A stretch of DNA of 64,000 bases from the NCBI GenBank assembly GCA_036172245.1, contig JAYWIR010000012.1:744001-808000 (forward strand). Direction: 5' to 3'. The notes under the pieces were generated by a model, which was not told where the DNA came from, made no database searches, and worked only from the letters and a program-made list of their open reading frames with translations. Within the stretch, counting starts at the first letter, position 1, and every line of letters starts with the position of its first letter. Source of the stretch: Raillietiella orientalis (lineage: Eukaryota). This document shows, in pieces, positions 36,082 to 50,100 of this stretch. The position numbers and the translations under genes were made by a program.

Positions 36082-37329
36082 CCACCAGAAGAAGCTTGGG
36101 ACTCACGCAGTCGAATGCCCTGATCACGAAAACTGCGATCACGAGAGGACCAGGTTCCTCCGCCTGCCTGCAAGCACTTATTACCAGTTCTTCCGTGAGT
36201 TCTTTTCCTTGCAAACCTTCGCAGCGACCCGCTGCTGCAATCATATACAGGCTCATACAAGGAACAGATTCGACTTCACAATTATGCCTGAAAGAGCTTT
36301 GTTATACTCTGAAATGATAGAGGAATCCGCCAACTGCGCTGTCCACGTCCTGGAGAGCAGCTTAATGTCTCCATTCACCAGAGTAATCGGATGCCAACTG
36401 CCCAGGCTGCGCAGATCTTTTTCTTTCGGCAGGAGATGCACTCTGGCTAACCTGTAGAAGGTGGATACCTCGCTTCTGTCCCGGATCAGCATGGCCAGCT
36501 GAAGTACCAAGGCAGCTTGCTCTGCGAGGAAGGTCTGCTAGAACTCCTGGGACAAGCCGTCCTCCCATGGTACTTTTCTCTTCCTGAGCGATCCGATAGC
36601 AGCCATGATCCCCGCCACCGAGAACGGCTTTTCTAGGCACGCTCCTTTCTTCTCACCTATCACTATGGTGCACTCCTCCAAAAGTCGCTGAGGAAAGGCA
36701 TTCTCCACCGGTGTCCATGCGAACAGGTAGGAGTAAAAGTCGTGCACTGAACTGCAGACAACCGAAGGTGCCGAGCACTGCTGACCTTGGTCGTCCAGCA
36801 GGAAAGCTGCCCCGGACTGCCACATCTGGCGCCTGGGTCCGGCTTTGAAGTCGGCCAGTCTTCGGACATGGAGGTGTTTACAGAGGAAGCCTTTAGATGG
36901 AAAGGTTCTTCTGTAAGTGCACACGAGCTTTAAGAATCAAGATAGGAGGAGAGCTAATGTGAAGTGTTCGTAGATCTTTCGGACCAGAACCTCGAACAGG
37001 TCTCAATCCTCGAACTTTCGAATAGCAAAACCACGAAGGAAGCTGGAGGGAATTTTCACAGGTTCCGGGTGGCTCAGCTCATCCCCAGGCATCCTCTTTA
37101 TATTGATAAACGGCCTTTCCAATGGAAGCCGCAGCTCGAAATTGAGCCTATGATGTACCTGCACGCGATGTACCCTCATCCATTTGTCATCCGACAGCAG
37201 GCGGTCACTGACTCTGGTGTCACAGAGTTCGGGCATCGACTACCGAGGTCGCAGAAAAACTGTGTCATTCCGCTCTGACGCAGCCTATCACTTGGTGCGC
37301 AAATATTTGTGACGACAAATTGGATCGAG
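36082..37329 (-). mobile_element. L1-like ORF2 fragment (mid-APE to RT AFD motif), decayed
   Basis: FVVTNICAPS, RRQMWQSGAAFLLDDQGQ, LLPKEKDLRSLGSWHPIT and VIRAFDCVS. Confidence 0.85.
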
Positions 37330-38500
37330 TTTATCACCCAGATATGCCGGAGCGTTTATTATTAAAATTTTTACAGAAAAATTTTTTGATAAAATCTTTA
37401 AATTATGTTTAGGCGGAACTCGTGGTTCTTCCTGTCTTGGGACACTTGCAGTTACCGACCTGCTGGTCGGTGAGGTCCACTCTGAGGGCAATGGGGACGG
37501 GAAAACTACAAAAAAATGAAAAAAGAAATTAAACAAACATAAGAGGAGAGGGCAATGTTTTTTGGAAAGGGGAGAGCAGGGAAGGGATCACCGTTTGCCG
37601 CGAGTGGTCTTCTGAATCCGGTTGTGGATGCGGACGAGTGCTGATCGTAAACTGCTTAGCCGTGACCTTCGGGAGGCTTTCTCAATGTTGATTGCAGCCC
37701 AGTGAATGGTGCTCCGGCTGTTTTGACCTCTCATAGACGCAGACCATTTTGCCAGCATTGTGCGCATGCAACAGAGAACTGCTACAAACGCGGCTGCTGA
37801 CAGGGTGCCCTGTGTCAGGAGGCTACGAAAAATGTCCTTCGGGTCGCCAACCGGAATGTTCAGGATCGACGAACGTTAATTATTGGGTGCGGAAAGGTTT
37901 CTCTTTCTCTGCAACTGCACAAAGGACATCCGCACTTCCAGTGAAAGAGGCGTGCTCTGCACAGGATTCCCTAATGCAGGAACAGCAGCGCCGTCTCTTG
38001 CTGCTCCAGGAAAAGGGTGCCGTTATCCCTACGCGCTGGGGGCCACTTCACCTCCTCCGGAGGTTTTGCAAGCAGCTCACGCCAGCAGAAGTCCTTTAGG
38101 AAGAACGCTCGGAGATGGAGCGTCCGCCAGCTTCCGAGTTGTCCTTCCGAGCTGTCTACGCCTTTAACGATTTTTTCCTGCTTCTGATGAGGCAGGACAC
38201 TTCCCACATTGCCCGTCCGTCGCTGTCCCTAACATTCCTGAGGGAGGGCAGCACTGGGGCAAGGGGGGCGGAGGAAGCCCACAGCAGCTTGCAGTGGTTC
38301 ATAATTTCCTGCAGGAGCTGACGAGAGTATCTTCCCCGTCGGAGGCAGCTGTACTTGGCCTCGCTCGAGTAGTTCATCTTAACCCACGCGGAAACTGACT
38401 CCTGATGCCAGGCGGTACAGTTCGTGGGGAGGCAGGAGATCCACGTATTTTTCCTTACCAGGGCAACCATCTGACGCAGTTCATGGCCGCAGCTGGATCG
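37330..38500 (-). mobile_element. L1-like 3' end fragment
   Basis: KNTWISCLPTN, WRELLAKPPEEVKWPP and QETALLFLH; GGGAAGGGATCA at ~37579; terminal AATAAA-hairpin at 37330-37360. Confidence 0.85.
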
Positions 38501-38689
38501 ATTTGGAACACTTCAGAAGAAAATATCCCAATCGAGATTTCTGATCGCACGCACATTGCGCACGGCACTCTGCGCGGACGGCTTCGTAAAGGCAACCCCA
38601 CAGGAGTGCTGTGGAAATGCAGCTATGTAGAATTCATGGATTTATTTCATAATTCCTTCCTGCAATCCCGCCAGTGTATCCTTCCCTCA

Positions 38690-39560
38690 CGTCTTCATAT
38701 ATTCGACTTCCTTCTGGGTGATCTGTTGCGTCTGCTGAAGCAGAGCGAGTTCAAAAGAGTGCGAGTTTTCCGCCAAAGTGCGCCTCGTCGTCGTGCAGCC
38801 GGTTGATATTTGAACAGGAGATGCACAAGCGGCCAGAGGTGGTGAGGCTGCTCCCAAGACAGGGAGCATGACGGGGGATCCTCCTCGTGCTTTGGATATT
38901 GCAGGGTGTACAATTCGGACTCAGGCGTTTCACCCATAAACTTTAGTCTGTGGCCTCTGAGATGGTGCTATTGGTTGCATGCAGTCTTCCTTTCCCCTAA
39001 TGGCAGAAACACGCAACAACAAGTCGGCGATACGTGGCTAGGAAACTCTTGAAAATGCTTTCTTTTCACCAAAGATTCTGCAAAGTGGCATAATTTTAGA
39101 GCGCAGCCATGACTACGCAGGCAGACACACTGAACAGGAAGCATTTCAAATGGAAGACGATCCTCCGTGGAAGGGAAAAACATTGATCTTCCGATGCCCA
39201 GCAGCGTTCGACGAAGACGCTTAGTGTGCTCTGAGCTTTTGCAGGTCAATTCCCAGCCTTCGTTCCCCGCCAGCATTACGAGGGACTCCAGGTCACCTCA
39301 CAAACGCCAACCCTTATAACCTTGCTGTCCAGTTCGCGAATCGTCACCATTATAGGTTCACTTATCTTACAGCGGATTGAAGACTTTTAGCCTTGAGCTA
39401 CATTAGCCCTCATTTTCGCTCCCGCTGGTGGTTTTTGGTTGGCCGAAACCACCGCATCGACTTTGCCCCACAAACGTGAAGTGGGAGCGGAGACTTCCCC
39501 TTCCCTTCATAGCCTTGCTGGCTGTGAAGCGGCCTGCGGACTGGGGCGACCTTCCTCTCC
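38690..39560 (-). mobile_element. Decayed L1-like ORF1 remnant
   Basis: WELTCKSSEHTKRLRRTLLGIGRSMFFP resembles FEMTCKEAGLAQRLLRTPARIEGRQIFP of the ORF1 at ~11400-11500. Confidence 0.6.
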
Positions 39561-40593
39561 AGTGAGGTGACCGACCGAACCAGTGAAATTGGCCGACGTT
39601 GGCTTCTCGTTTATGTCGGAAAACCATACTAGCCATCACACAACCCCCCTCCACGGAGAAGAAATACATTCGACAATGCATCTGAAGGGTGCGACGCCCT
39701 TTCGAGTCAACGATCCAAGCGCAGCTCACCTGGTTCACCGACTCGAAGACAAAATCTCTAGCCCTTTCGCAGAGCATACAAAAAACACGTTCGACTCCTT
39801 GGAAGACAGAGAATGTTCTTTGCCCGTTTCTCGACGATCAGGTTCTTTTGCCGTAGAGGACTTCTACCCAAAACACTCTTGCCGCACTTCCTTTCCTTGA
39901 TTTTTTTTGCCCGCTCGCTTATTCGATGAAGATCAGAGCGCAGCGCCTCCTTTGGATAACCTTGTTTGACGCTGGAAAATTCCGTATTTGACTTAAGAAC
40001 TTGATGCCGGCTCAGGCATTATAAGCATTCATAAGATCGATCCGCAGATGCAGTTCCAGCTCATGATCCTGTGTAGACGCTTGTGGACTTGACACTGCTG
40101 TGCGCATGCAAGCTAATTTTTTGATGATGCGCTGGAAGCAAAGGACCACTGTTGCTTCTGCTATGCAACCCACGTAGGAAAACTGAAAATAGCTTCACCT
40201 TGATGCATTTGAACTCAGTAGCGGTAGGACATCCGTGGGTCTCCTGCCGCCCTAAAAACTGAAACGCCTGGCAAAAGGAGACTCTGGATTCCCCAGTTAC
40301 CACTAAGGAAGTGCTTTCAGAGAAACTGCTGCCACTGCGCAAACTCCATTGCAAGCTGCTGAGAAATCTTCTGAAGTACCGAACTGAGTGATCCCGGTTA
40401 GTCATCATATACCCTGTAGTAGCTTTGTCTACCCTCAGAGCAAACAGTGACAGAAGTCAACTGACGATGTGGTTGTCTTCCGGCAGAATTCCGGAAGACC
40501 AAAATCTTCTATACGGCTTCAGGACGAGCAAGCTGGACACCTCCATTCCTCACTTCAGGGTAAAGGACCTCTTCGATGGAGTAAAACGTTTGG

Positions 40594-42600
40594 TTTATCA
40601 CCCGGTCACTCCGGAACGTTTATTATAAAAACAAACATACATGTGTAGCGCCATCCCCCCTGCATCATCCGAAAACGCTCAGAGCATGCCAAGTAACCGG
40701 CACGCAGGCCAACAAGGTTCGCCTCGGCAGAGGAAGGAAAGAGAGCAAGCAAAAAATAAGAAAACAAAACGTATATACGTGCTTAGGGAAAGGATCACCG
40801 GGTGCTGGAGAGCGTCCTCTGGATGCTTTCCAGGACGCCGGCAAGATCCTTCTGAGTATGTCTTAGGTGCAGCCATCCAGCTGCCATCCTCATGGAGCTC
40901 AGAGCGAAGCACATGGCGTCCATATAGGGCCATCCTCTGTCGCGTAGCTCCAAACCACCACAATCACACGTAAGCAGCAACAAACTGCTGGGGATGCGGC
41001 AGGCTAAAGGGCATAGCTCACGAAGAGGCGTTTTATCAAGAACCTGGGATTGTCTGTCGGTGCACCAAGGGCTGTTGCGTAACCCAACCGCAGGGACCAG
41101 AGGGCAACATACCCAAAAAGCAGCTGCAAAGGGATTCCCGTTACTCACATCTGTAACAGCTGGGGTCCACAGCCAATCGGGTCCAGTGAGAGCAGCGCAC
41201 GTTGCACGGGAGAACCCAGTGCAACCGCAGGAGTGTCACTCCTACCGCTTCAAGGGGAGAGCTTGATTGCTCTGTAGCGCTGGAGCCACTCAAGGTTTTC
41301 CTGTGTGATTCCAAGCAGCTCATCCCAGCGCAATAGTCCTTTCTGTGGGACAATTGGAATTGCAGCCTACATCAAATCGTCTGTGGTTGAACTACCGAGT
41401 TCCTTTGTTTCCTTCGGGTTGAAAGACCTATTTCGAAACTGACCTTCCATTTGGCTGGCTAGTTACTGCTCAAAGTGCTCCCTTATGAGAGCAGTGTCGC
41501 AGCTAGGAAAGTTCTTTGCGCCCACACACACGTGGTGAACTGCACCATGACGTCCTCCAGCGAGCGATTGCTGAAGGAGTGCGGCAGTCGCTTCCGCATC
41601 TCCGTGTTCGCTTCGTTGTTCTTGACCCACGTGCTGTCGGCTTCCTGCAGCCGGTACCACCGTGCGCGAGCCGGCAAAAGATCCAGATGTTGTCCTGGTG
41701 AGCTTGGCTACTCATCGGAGCTCCAGTCCGCAACTGGAAACGTTGCGTCCCTCCAGAGATGAAGACGGTCACGTGTAGTCGATGGCTCGCTTGAGCAGGC
41801 ATCGTGCGGACTCGCACCAGTTTGTGTTCCGAAACTTCGCCACTAGGGCAAGCGTCCTCCACGAAAGCTGCTGCCCCAGGAGCTCCAGCATCACAAGGCC
41901 GAGGTCCCCGTCACGACAGGGAACACACAAGTCATTCAGGCGGACTCGGGGCCTCCCTGTACCCCAGAGAGCAATTCTCTGGGAATCTTCTGTCTTTTAG
42001 TGATACTCGGTGGAGGAAACTAGAAGCAAGGGGTGGGACGGGGAAGCCATAAACGCGTTCCACACCACGGCCCTTTCCGACAAGAGAAACTTGCTATCTC
42101 GAAACAAGCCGATCGCCAACTCTGCTCCTCCTTTTGAAGGCAGCTGGATCACGCTTCCGCCGGGGAATGGTTCCACAACGGCTTACCGAGCTGATTAAAG
42201 TACCAATCCGAGTGGATCGTCAAGCAAATCCCGTGCAGTCGCCCTGCAGACACCAATACGACTGCTGACACGGACGATTTCTCCCTGTTCACCTCCAATC
42301 CTGTCCCATATCTTGACAGCTCAAAAAAATCTTGGAGCTCTCACGCCGTAGTAGACATGGGGAGCGGCTGTAGAGGATCGTGCACATACACCGAAACTGC
42401 AGGCGTAAGGGGCCACTTCACCCCTTTCGGGGGTACTGTGAGCAGCTCGTTCCAGCATACAAGTCCTGTATGCGGAAGACTTGGAGTCGCATTGTCCGCT
42501 GGCTGCCGAGGTGTGCACGCTTTGACAAGTTTTTTCCTACCTCCAATTGGACGGGACACTTCCTAAGTTGCCGGATCTCTGCTGCTCATAGCGTTCCTTA
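40594..42600 (-). mobile_element. L1-like 3' half (decayed) plus an adjacent second fragment
   Basis: Homology to the RT thumb (LKDLC.P..DG.LGL region, ~41890-41960) and the C-terminus; GGGAAAGGATCA at ~40786; terminal AATAAA-hairpin at 40594-40624. Confidence 0.8.
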
Positions 42601-44199
42601 GAGTTCCTCAGCACTGGAGCAAACGACGGATGTGGGTTGCTGTTGCTCTTTTGTTTGTTTGCTCTTTTTTTCGTTGAGTGAGTGTAATGTGTGGATTCGA
42701 TGGCGGGAAGGGTAGTAATGTTGAGACCATCACCAGCGAAGGTTAGGAGCGCTGTTCTTATCGCCTCTGGAGACCATGCAAGTGGAAGCACCTGCCCTTA
42801 CAGAAATGACAAACTTATTGTTCGTTTGTTGGTGCTAAAGCTGTTTGAACACATAGAATGCTGGCCTGGTAGTCATAACACCCCACAGTCGATCCGGTAT
42901 ACCACTCAGGGTTAAGCTGTTTACCAAGTATGAGCATAATGAGTGCATCAACTAATACCTGTTTTTTATTAATCTTAGAAACCTAATGCTGTAAATTCTA
43001 GAGGAAATAGACAAAATTCGAAGAACATCATCGTCTTTGTCTACTTCAAATATGCCATCTTCATCTAGGTGTTTGCATTTTGCAGCAACGTTGGCTGCTG
43101 TGGTTGATCCACTTGGCTCGTTGAATTGCTCGACAGACTTAGGATGCAACAGTGAGCACGAAGGGGTTAAAGAAAGATTGGGAAACATTGGGTTAAAGAA
43201 ATCAACAGGTGGCATATCAGTGTCAGGCTGTAGGCCGTAATGCCCATAACTTTCTGCAAAGACGAGTCGCTTTTCTTAAGGTGTGCTGTAGTCTAAATTT
43301 TCAAAATACACAGCCATCCATGGAAATGCAGCTATGTAGAATTCATGGATTCATTTCATAATTCCTTCCTGGCATATTTTCAGCTCTTGCTGAGTATTTC
43401 CTTAGATTGCTTCGACGTAGAACTTCACACGGGCTAATTTCCCAATTTCAACTCTCGTTATCTATTAGATCTGTTCCATTACAATTATATTTAGCGAGCA
43501 TTTTATTAGTTTCGACTTATAAACCTTAATGTTGCTCTCTGATTCTATGAGAAGTTCTTTTCTTTTTGATTTTTTAATGATGATAACACATTTGGATTTC
43601 AAGTTCTCGTAGAAAACGACTTTATGGCTTAATAGCGTGCGAGAACTGAAGATGGCTGATCAGTTACGATATCAGAGTGACTCTCTAAGGAACTTTTCAT
43701 GCTACATAAATATCTCAACGAGTGACTTAATGTAAGCAACTTCAAATGTGTCCAGCATGTGCTAATTGAAGTTCCGATTTAGCAGTTTACGTAGACCTCT
43801 TATGAAGCGCCTTCGAGCTTCAAAGAACAACCCATTCGAGAGAAATGGGAATCTTTTTCTCACGACTGCGATCGCAATCGTGAGAAATCCTCGCATTTGC
43901 AGTTTTGTTACGAACGATATTTTTGATGAAGGAAGTTGCTGAAGTTATAGAAGAGCCTGTAACTTCATGTTCGAGTGTAAAAAAGAGGTCTCACTTTTCG
44001 TCCTAAGTGAGGAAACTATTATCGTGAACTTCATGTCTGCTGCCTTCCATAGCCAACGGTCATTAGTTCTTAATAGACAATGCTTAAACCGATTCTAAAA
44101 GCAATCCCTTATGTGGAATGATGGAGTTCATTGGTTGCGTGATGAACGTTGTACGAATCGTTCCCATTAAGACGAAGTTCTCTAGGCAATCTGCACTGA

Positions 44200-45735
44200 T
44201 TTTCACCCAAGTAAGCCGGGGCTTTTATTATTAAAAATTTTACAATTATGTTTTTTATAATAAAGTCCTGTCGTCTGTACTAGTGTTTCAGTCAGAACAC
44301 CTTGTTCGTATTGTCTTATGCACTTGTCCTTTCCGACCCGTATGCCGGTAAGGTCCTCTTCACTGGCAAAGGGGACGGGAAAAAGAGAAAAAACAAACGA
44401 ACAAACAAAAAAAGAAAAGCGCTTGGGGGACAATGTTTATGGGGAAGGGATCACGGTAGCCGTGGGGAGGCCTCTGCATCTGGTTCCGGATGCGAACAAG
44501 TGCTGGCAGGATTTTCCTCAGCCGGCGCCAACGGCTAGCCTTCTCCATGGAGATGACTGCCCAGTGGATGGCATTCCGACTGCTGGGGCCACTTATCGAC
44601 GCGTTCCACTTATCCAGTATTCCTCGTATGCAGCAGAGAACTGCTACACACTCGGCACCTGGCAGGGAGTTCCGCATCAGGAGGAGACGAAAAATGTCTT
44701 TAGGGTCGCCCACCGCTACGTTTATGGCCGACGAGAGTCGATCCCACGTTCGGCTGAGGACAACACATTCGATGAGTAAGTGGGGGAAGGTCTCCCTCTC
44801 CCCACACTCTGTACAATGGGCATCCAGTCTCCCCAATGTCCAGTGAGACAGGCGTGCTCTGCTCCAAAGTCCCCAATGGAGCACAAGCAGCGCCGTCTCC
44901 TGCCAATCCAAAGGGAGAGTGCCACTGTCCCAATACGCCGGGGGCCACTTCACCTCCTCCGGAGGCATGTCGAGCAGCTCGCCCCAGCGCACAATTCCAT
45001 TTGACGGGACGCTCGGGGTTGTAGCGTCCGCTAGTTCCCGGGACGTCCATGCCTTCATTAGCTTTTCCTGCCTCCGATGAGGCAGGTCACTTCATTCGAT
45101 GCCTCCTCTTGGCTGTCCTTGGCTACTCTGAGGGAGGGCAGAACGGGGGCAAGGGGGTGAATGAAGCCCACAAAAGCTTTTGTGGGTTGGAGACGATCTC
45201 CCTCAGGGGCTGGCCAGCGTTCCTGCCTCGACGGAGGCAGGGGAATTCCACCTCGCTGGAGCCGTTGATTTTTGCCCACGCGGAAACGGACTTTTGGAGC
45301 CAGGTAGTTTAGTTTGCGGGGCTTCAGGAGATCCACGGGCTGTTCCTCACCAGGGCCACCAAGTCCCGTAGCGGAAACCCATAATGGTTCAGTCTACCGT
45401 CGTTGGCTACTAGGATTGAGGTCAATCCGTTGCAGCCGGTTGCCCTGTGGGCGAGGAGTCGTGTGGGCGCACACCATGGTGCTGTCCAATATTTTGCCTC
45501 AAGGGCAAGTTTTCTAATTTGAAGCTGACGCTCCATGCGCTCCAACGTCAGGAGACCAAGTCCACCGTCCCTGCGTGGAGCACACAAGTGTTTCAGTCGG
45601 ACGCGGGATCTCCGGTTACCCCAAGGGGCTTTCCTGATGAGGCCCCTTGTCCGTGTCCCAATTTGGAGAGGGTCGGGGCACACAAAAAGTAGAAGGCGAA
45701 GGAGGGTGACCACAAAAGCGTTCCACTGCATTGAT
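44200..45735 (-). mobile_element. L1-like 3' half (RT thumb to CCHC and 3'UTR)
   Basis: RVRLKHLCAPRRDGGLGLLTLERME and CTECGERETFPHLLIEC; terminal AATAAA-hairpin at 44200-44229. Confidence 0.9.
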
Positions 45736-46269
45736 ATCTTTTGCGAAAAGTTGGATCAAGTCCTCCGATACAGATTCTTCTATGGCTGCTCTCCGAGAAC
45801 ATCGTTAAGAGAGAATGGAAACACTGGATGGTAAAGTGGTCCAGACTGCGATAAAGATTTGGAGTTTCCGGAAAGTCACCCGACTGTCGTGGACGGGAGA
45901 ATTCGTGCATCGATTTTCGTGAGCACACAAGCCTCGTCGTCTCTTGGGTGCCTTTTGGAGCTTCCACAGAACGAACTGAAAGCCCAGGAGGATTCTGTGA
46001 TCGAAACCCTGCTTTTGTTTGAAGTAGTACTTTTCTAGAAAATGAGAATATATCCCAGGTAAAGGCTGAGTTACATCAATAGCGGCTGAAAAGAGATGCA
46101 CTACCTGCATGACTATTCACAAAGTGGCCTCCTTGCTGGAGTCACACTGGTGCAGAGCTTTGCATAGAAGTGATCAGTCAAGTGAGTCAAGAAGTGGTAT
46201 AAGTAGTTCTCTATTGTTAAACACAGGACGCCGTCAGATTTCATCCTAAGGAAGGCTTGTTCGGATGAT

Positions 46270-46850
46270 CTTCAGAAAACCTGGTTCGCGTTCGGACCTT
46301 TCCGGGATGGCAAGTTCCTCTTGCAGGAACGTGCTGTCATATAGAACGCATTTGTGGCCCTCATTCTCCGCACCCTGCTTTCGGTGTCCTGCTCTCCCAG
46401 AAGGTGTAAAAATCATTTGCAGGTTCCTTTGAAAGTCTTTTGGGAATCCGTCTCCCTGAGGGAAGCAAGAAATAGCGACATCCCAGTTAGCTAGGAAGTG
46501 ACGTACTGCATCGAAGCAAAAAGAAAACTTCTGCGTGTCTAGACAACACGGGACCTAATTAACGCTGTAGCTCCGTCTGTTCTACCCAAAGGACTTCTGA
46601 GCTGGAGAGAGCTGCACGGAAATTCCCATGAAACCCTGAAATGGCTCTCACTATTACAGGAGAACTCTATCTACCCTCTCAAGTGACAGGAATCCGCGTC
46701 ACTGTGGTAGCTGTGGGGAATCGCATGCGAAGTACGTCTTCACCAATGGACTCTGGGCAGTGCAAGTTCAGAATGTGGTGGCTGCGAGGAAAAGGACATT
46801 CCTTTGCATTCGCTCCTTGATAATGTTGCCCTCTAGCACTGTGGGTTCAT
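46270..46850 (+). mobile_element. Decayed, internally deleted L1-like 3' fragment
   Basis: GPFRDGKFLLQERAVI*NAFV, PKGLLSWREL and HQWTLGSASSECGGC resemble the corresponding ORF2 segments. Confidence 0.7.
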
Positions 46851-47149
46851 TTCTTGAGGAATCTTCGGATCCCCAGAAGCAATAACAGAGACAGGATGAA
46901 ACGCCTCATCCAATGACAAATGAACTGAGAATGAAAAGAGAACACACCAGGTCAGAGAAAGTACCTCAAAGCTCGGGTTGCAAAAAATCACAAAAAATGC
47001 GATTGATTTGAGTTCGGTAAGCAAAAGGGTACCTGGAACCAAAGTAGGAAGGAAAGCAGCAAAGAAAAGAACTCACAGGACCTCTATTCTTATAGAACAA
47101 GGGAACGATCCCTACCAGAGCTCGCTACTAGTTTTCTGAAGAAAATAAA

Positions 47150-50100
47150 AATGAAAAGAAATAAGCCGACATGTCTGTCGAGACCGAATTTCAGCAGCAA
47201 CAGTGATCGGATGACAAGTGGAAGGAGGAAAACCCGAACAGCCATGGACTTGCCAGTGTTGCAGCGAGGTCTCGGCTAGAGAAGAGACATGAACTACCCT
47301 TCACACACGTTGATGAGCCCAGCAAGCTCTGAATTTTTCAACATCCTGTAGGGATTCACCCGATTTGCTCTTTGTTCTTGCACCTACGGGGCAATGAGTG
47401 AACTCGAAGTTTTTTGATACGACAGTTTTCAGAATCGTCTCACGAAAGATTCGTCGTGCTTCAAGTTTTTGCCACCAGGTGCTGTCAGAATGAGGAACGA
47501 GTGGAAAGCGAGCGGTGAACCAGAAAAACACGTCGAGGATCATGGAAACGACCTCAGAGCGTCGGAGTCATGAATTCACAGTAGATGCGATGCGGTTGTC
47601 TTCAGTATGCAGAAGCTGTTCTCAAAGCATCCCCTGTATTCAAGCAACGGAAGGAATCCTCCTATCAAAGCATTGCAACTCCATGTTTCACGGCTCTAGT
47701 AGAATGCACCAAATTGGGTACTGCTCATTTCTTTGGGAGAAGAGAAAAAGTGCTGATTTTTTCCTCCCTAGCACGATGATATGCAGCCTTTTTTACGAGA
47801 TCTTTTGTCATTGCCATGATCTCCTTCATAATTATCTTTATGGCTAAAGCAACCTTATTTTGAACATCATCTATGAAGCAGGATCACAAGTGATTCCTTC
47901 GACTTGCAAAGAATATCTGATCTATTGGCACTCAAAGGTGATGCCAGGTTGAAGCCAGGTTTAGAGAGCTTTGTCGCTGACTCGAGCTATGGCAAATGTA
48001 GTTTCATTTGCGTCTATCCATTTTTTTTTTACTTTTTCCGGAGAAAAAGTTTACCATTATTCTCTGGAAGAATTTCCACCCATCATCCTAATCCCCTCTT
48101 CCAATTCACAGAAGAATATCTTTGCAGTAACGTTTCCGCAATGCTTATCGTGACATCATCTCTTCCTAAATAAATACATGCTAATGATCTTCGTGAAAGA
48201 TCTTGCTGCCCTTCCTGTGGAACTTTCATAGCCGTGCAAAATACGTTCACAAGCATAGTAGATTGCCTATTAGAAAAAATGATGAGGAGTCCTACATCAA
48301 AGTGGCACATGCCTCGCTTAGGAAATTCTGACTTTCCTTGTAATCCTTCACAAGTTAAGAAGGCGAGAAGTTTTCGACAGATATGTAGCTTAGGATGGAG
48401 AGCTCCTACGCAGGTGCTTTTACGTCAAGGTAATAAGATATCTTCCTTGGAAAATGCTTTATGTCATTACGTGGAACATTCTGGGTATTCAGAGAAACTT
48501 CTTTAGCAAACAGGGACATTGAAATGAATTTCAAGGTAACAACTGCGCAAGTTGCGCATATCTGCTCAAATGCTCTTTTAGCAACCCAGCAATAAATTCA
48601 ATTTTCCAATAAGGAACATCGGATGATCGAAACTTTTCTGAAAAAGGTCCGTTAGCACGAAAAACCTCCGTGATGTCATCCTTGTGGGTAGCAGGAAGTA
48701 CATGCGGATGAAAATGCTGCTTCTTCGTTTGCGAGTGACATCCGGAAAGGATGATGGCCTCTACGTTTCTGCGACAGCAAGTTATAAAACTGCACATTGC
48801 AACATGCACCTGAAGCACTTGAATAGGAAGCTCTTCGACACACATCAACGCGATTCTGAAAGCGCCAGTGAATTTTGCAATGGCGTAGTTGATCTTTTTA
48901 AACCCCACTGGGGAAGGGTACCATGGTGTTATCCCGCGCCAGGGTTTACTCACCTTCCTCCCTATAGAAATACATGGTCAGAAGTTCTGGCTTGGAGGAA
49001 TAATGGGAGAACTGAGAAGTCACTCCAGGAGGAAGGCACGCTTGCATTCATTCTGAATCATGAGCTCAGCGCACGCTTTGGGTGCTCCTTAAGATTGCTA
49101 AGCCCTGCGCGCGCTAAAATGTTCCTTGTATTTTAAGGAAGTTGTACTTCCTTTACCTCCGAAAGTGATATACTTTGATTCGCCTGCTTTCCAGTAGGAC
49201 AAGGGCAGCATCTCATACAGGTGGTCACACTGCAGTCATTATGAAACGGTAGAAAGAGATATGACATGCGCGCACCGAAAGGAGAGTTTCGTTTTCCTGA
49301 TGGTGGCCTCTTGTTTTCATCGGTTCCATTCGTCCCGAGAGTATTGCCACGGTGCACTAAACGAAGTCTGAGCACATCACGCTCTCCCTGATGGCTCTCG
49401 TATGGAGCACACATTACTAAAGAGCATTTGATGGTGCGCTTCTTCATGCCAATACGCGAAGTTCTGAACTCATATGCATTCTGCAAATGAGCAATTTCTC
49501 CGAATGGTAACGACGACATGGTCCACGAAACCGACCAGCGCTCCTCTGAGATTGTGGGAGTCTCCGTAGCTACAGCAGGAGCTCGGATTACGTGTCTTCT
49601 TAATCGTTCTTTATCATACATCAAAGGGTTGATCATGGTGCAAAGGTCTTTGGCATTGCGCCGTATCTGTTTAATGATGAAGGAAGGAAGGTCCAGACTT
49701 CGAAGAGGGTCAAGTGGAATTTTCCAGGGCTCCGGTGAGTTTCGTTCCCTTTCTGCTTTCTTGCGCTCGACTGACGTTTCAGCAGGCCATCCGCGCCCGT
49801 CGAGAGCAAGTGGTTCTCAGCTTCACTTTCAGAACAAGAAGTTTGAATTGCGCCTCATCCACAGCGTGTCGCTCCCACGTCTATTCGGGAAACTACAGTG
49901 GACCATTTCTTGTCCTTTGGTTCTTCTGATCGGGTAAAAGATTGGACATAGGATCAAAGGCATTCCTGCCTTTTCGATCCTTGGACATAGGATCGCTTGT
50001 ACAGGTCGACTCCTTGCTTTGTTTTGGGCTCAATTGCTTTTTTGAAGCCCATCTGGAAGGGGCGACAATTTTTCTGCTCTTTGCAAACCCCCTGAAAAAA

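Larger units (their letters stand above)
38612..43371. repeat. 51-bp direct repeats (38612-38662, 43321-43371; 1 mismatch) bracketing ~4.7 kb of retroelement fragments
   Basis: TGGAAATGCAGCTATGTAGAATTCATGGATT(T/C)ATTTCATAATTCCTTCCTG at both positions. Confidence 0.85.

Noticed and set aside
42952..43215. 87-aa ORF as a host gene exon
   Set aside because: No recognisable domain and no supporting exon chain could be built by eye.
49133..49636. 167-aa ORF shared with 23772-24235
   Set aside because: The frame is broken in the left copy, and the peptide identity just reflects the DNA-level identity tract. No domain is evident.
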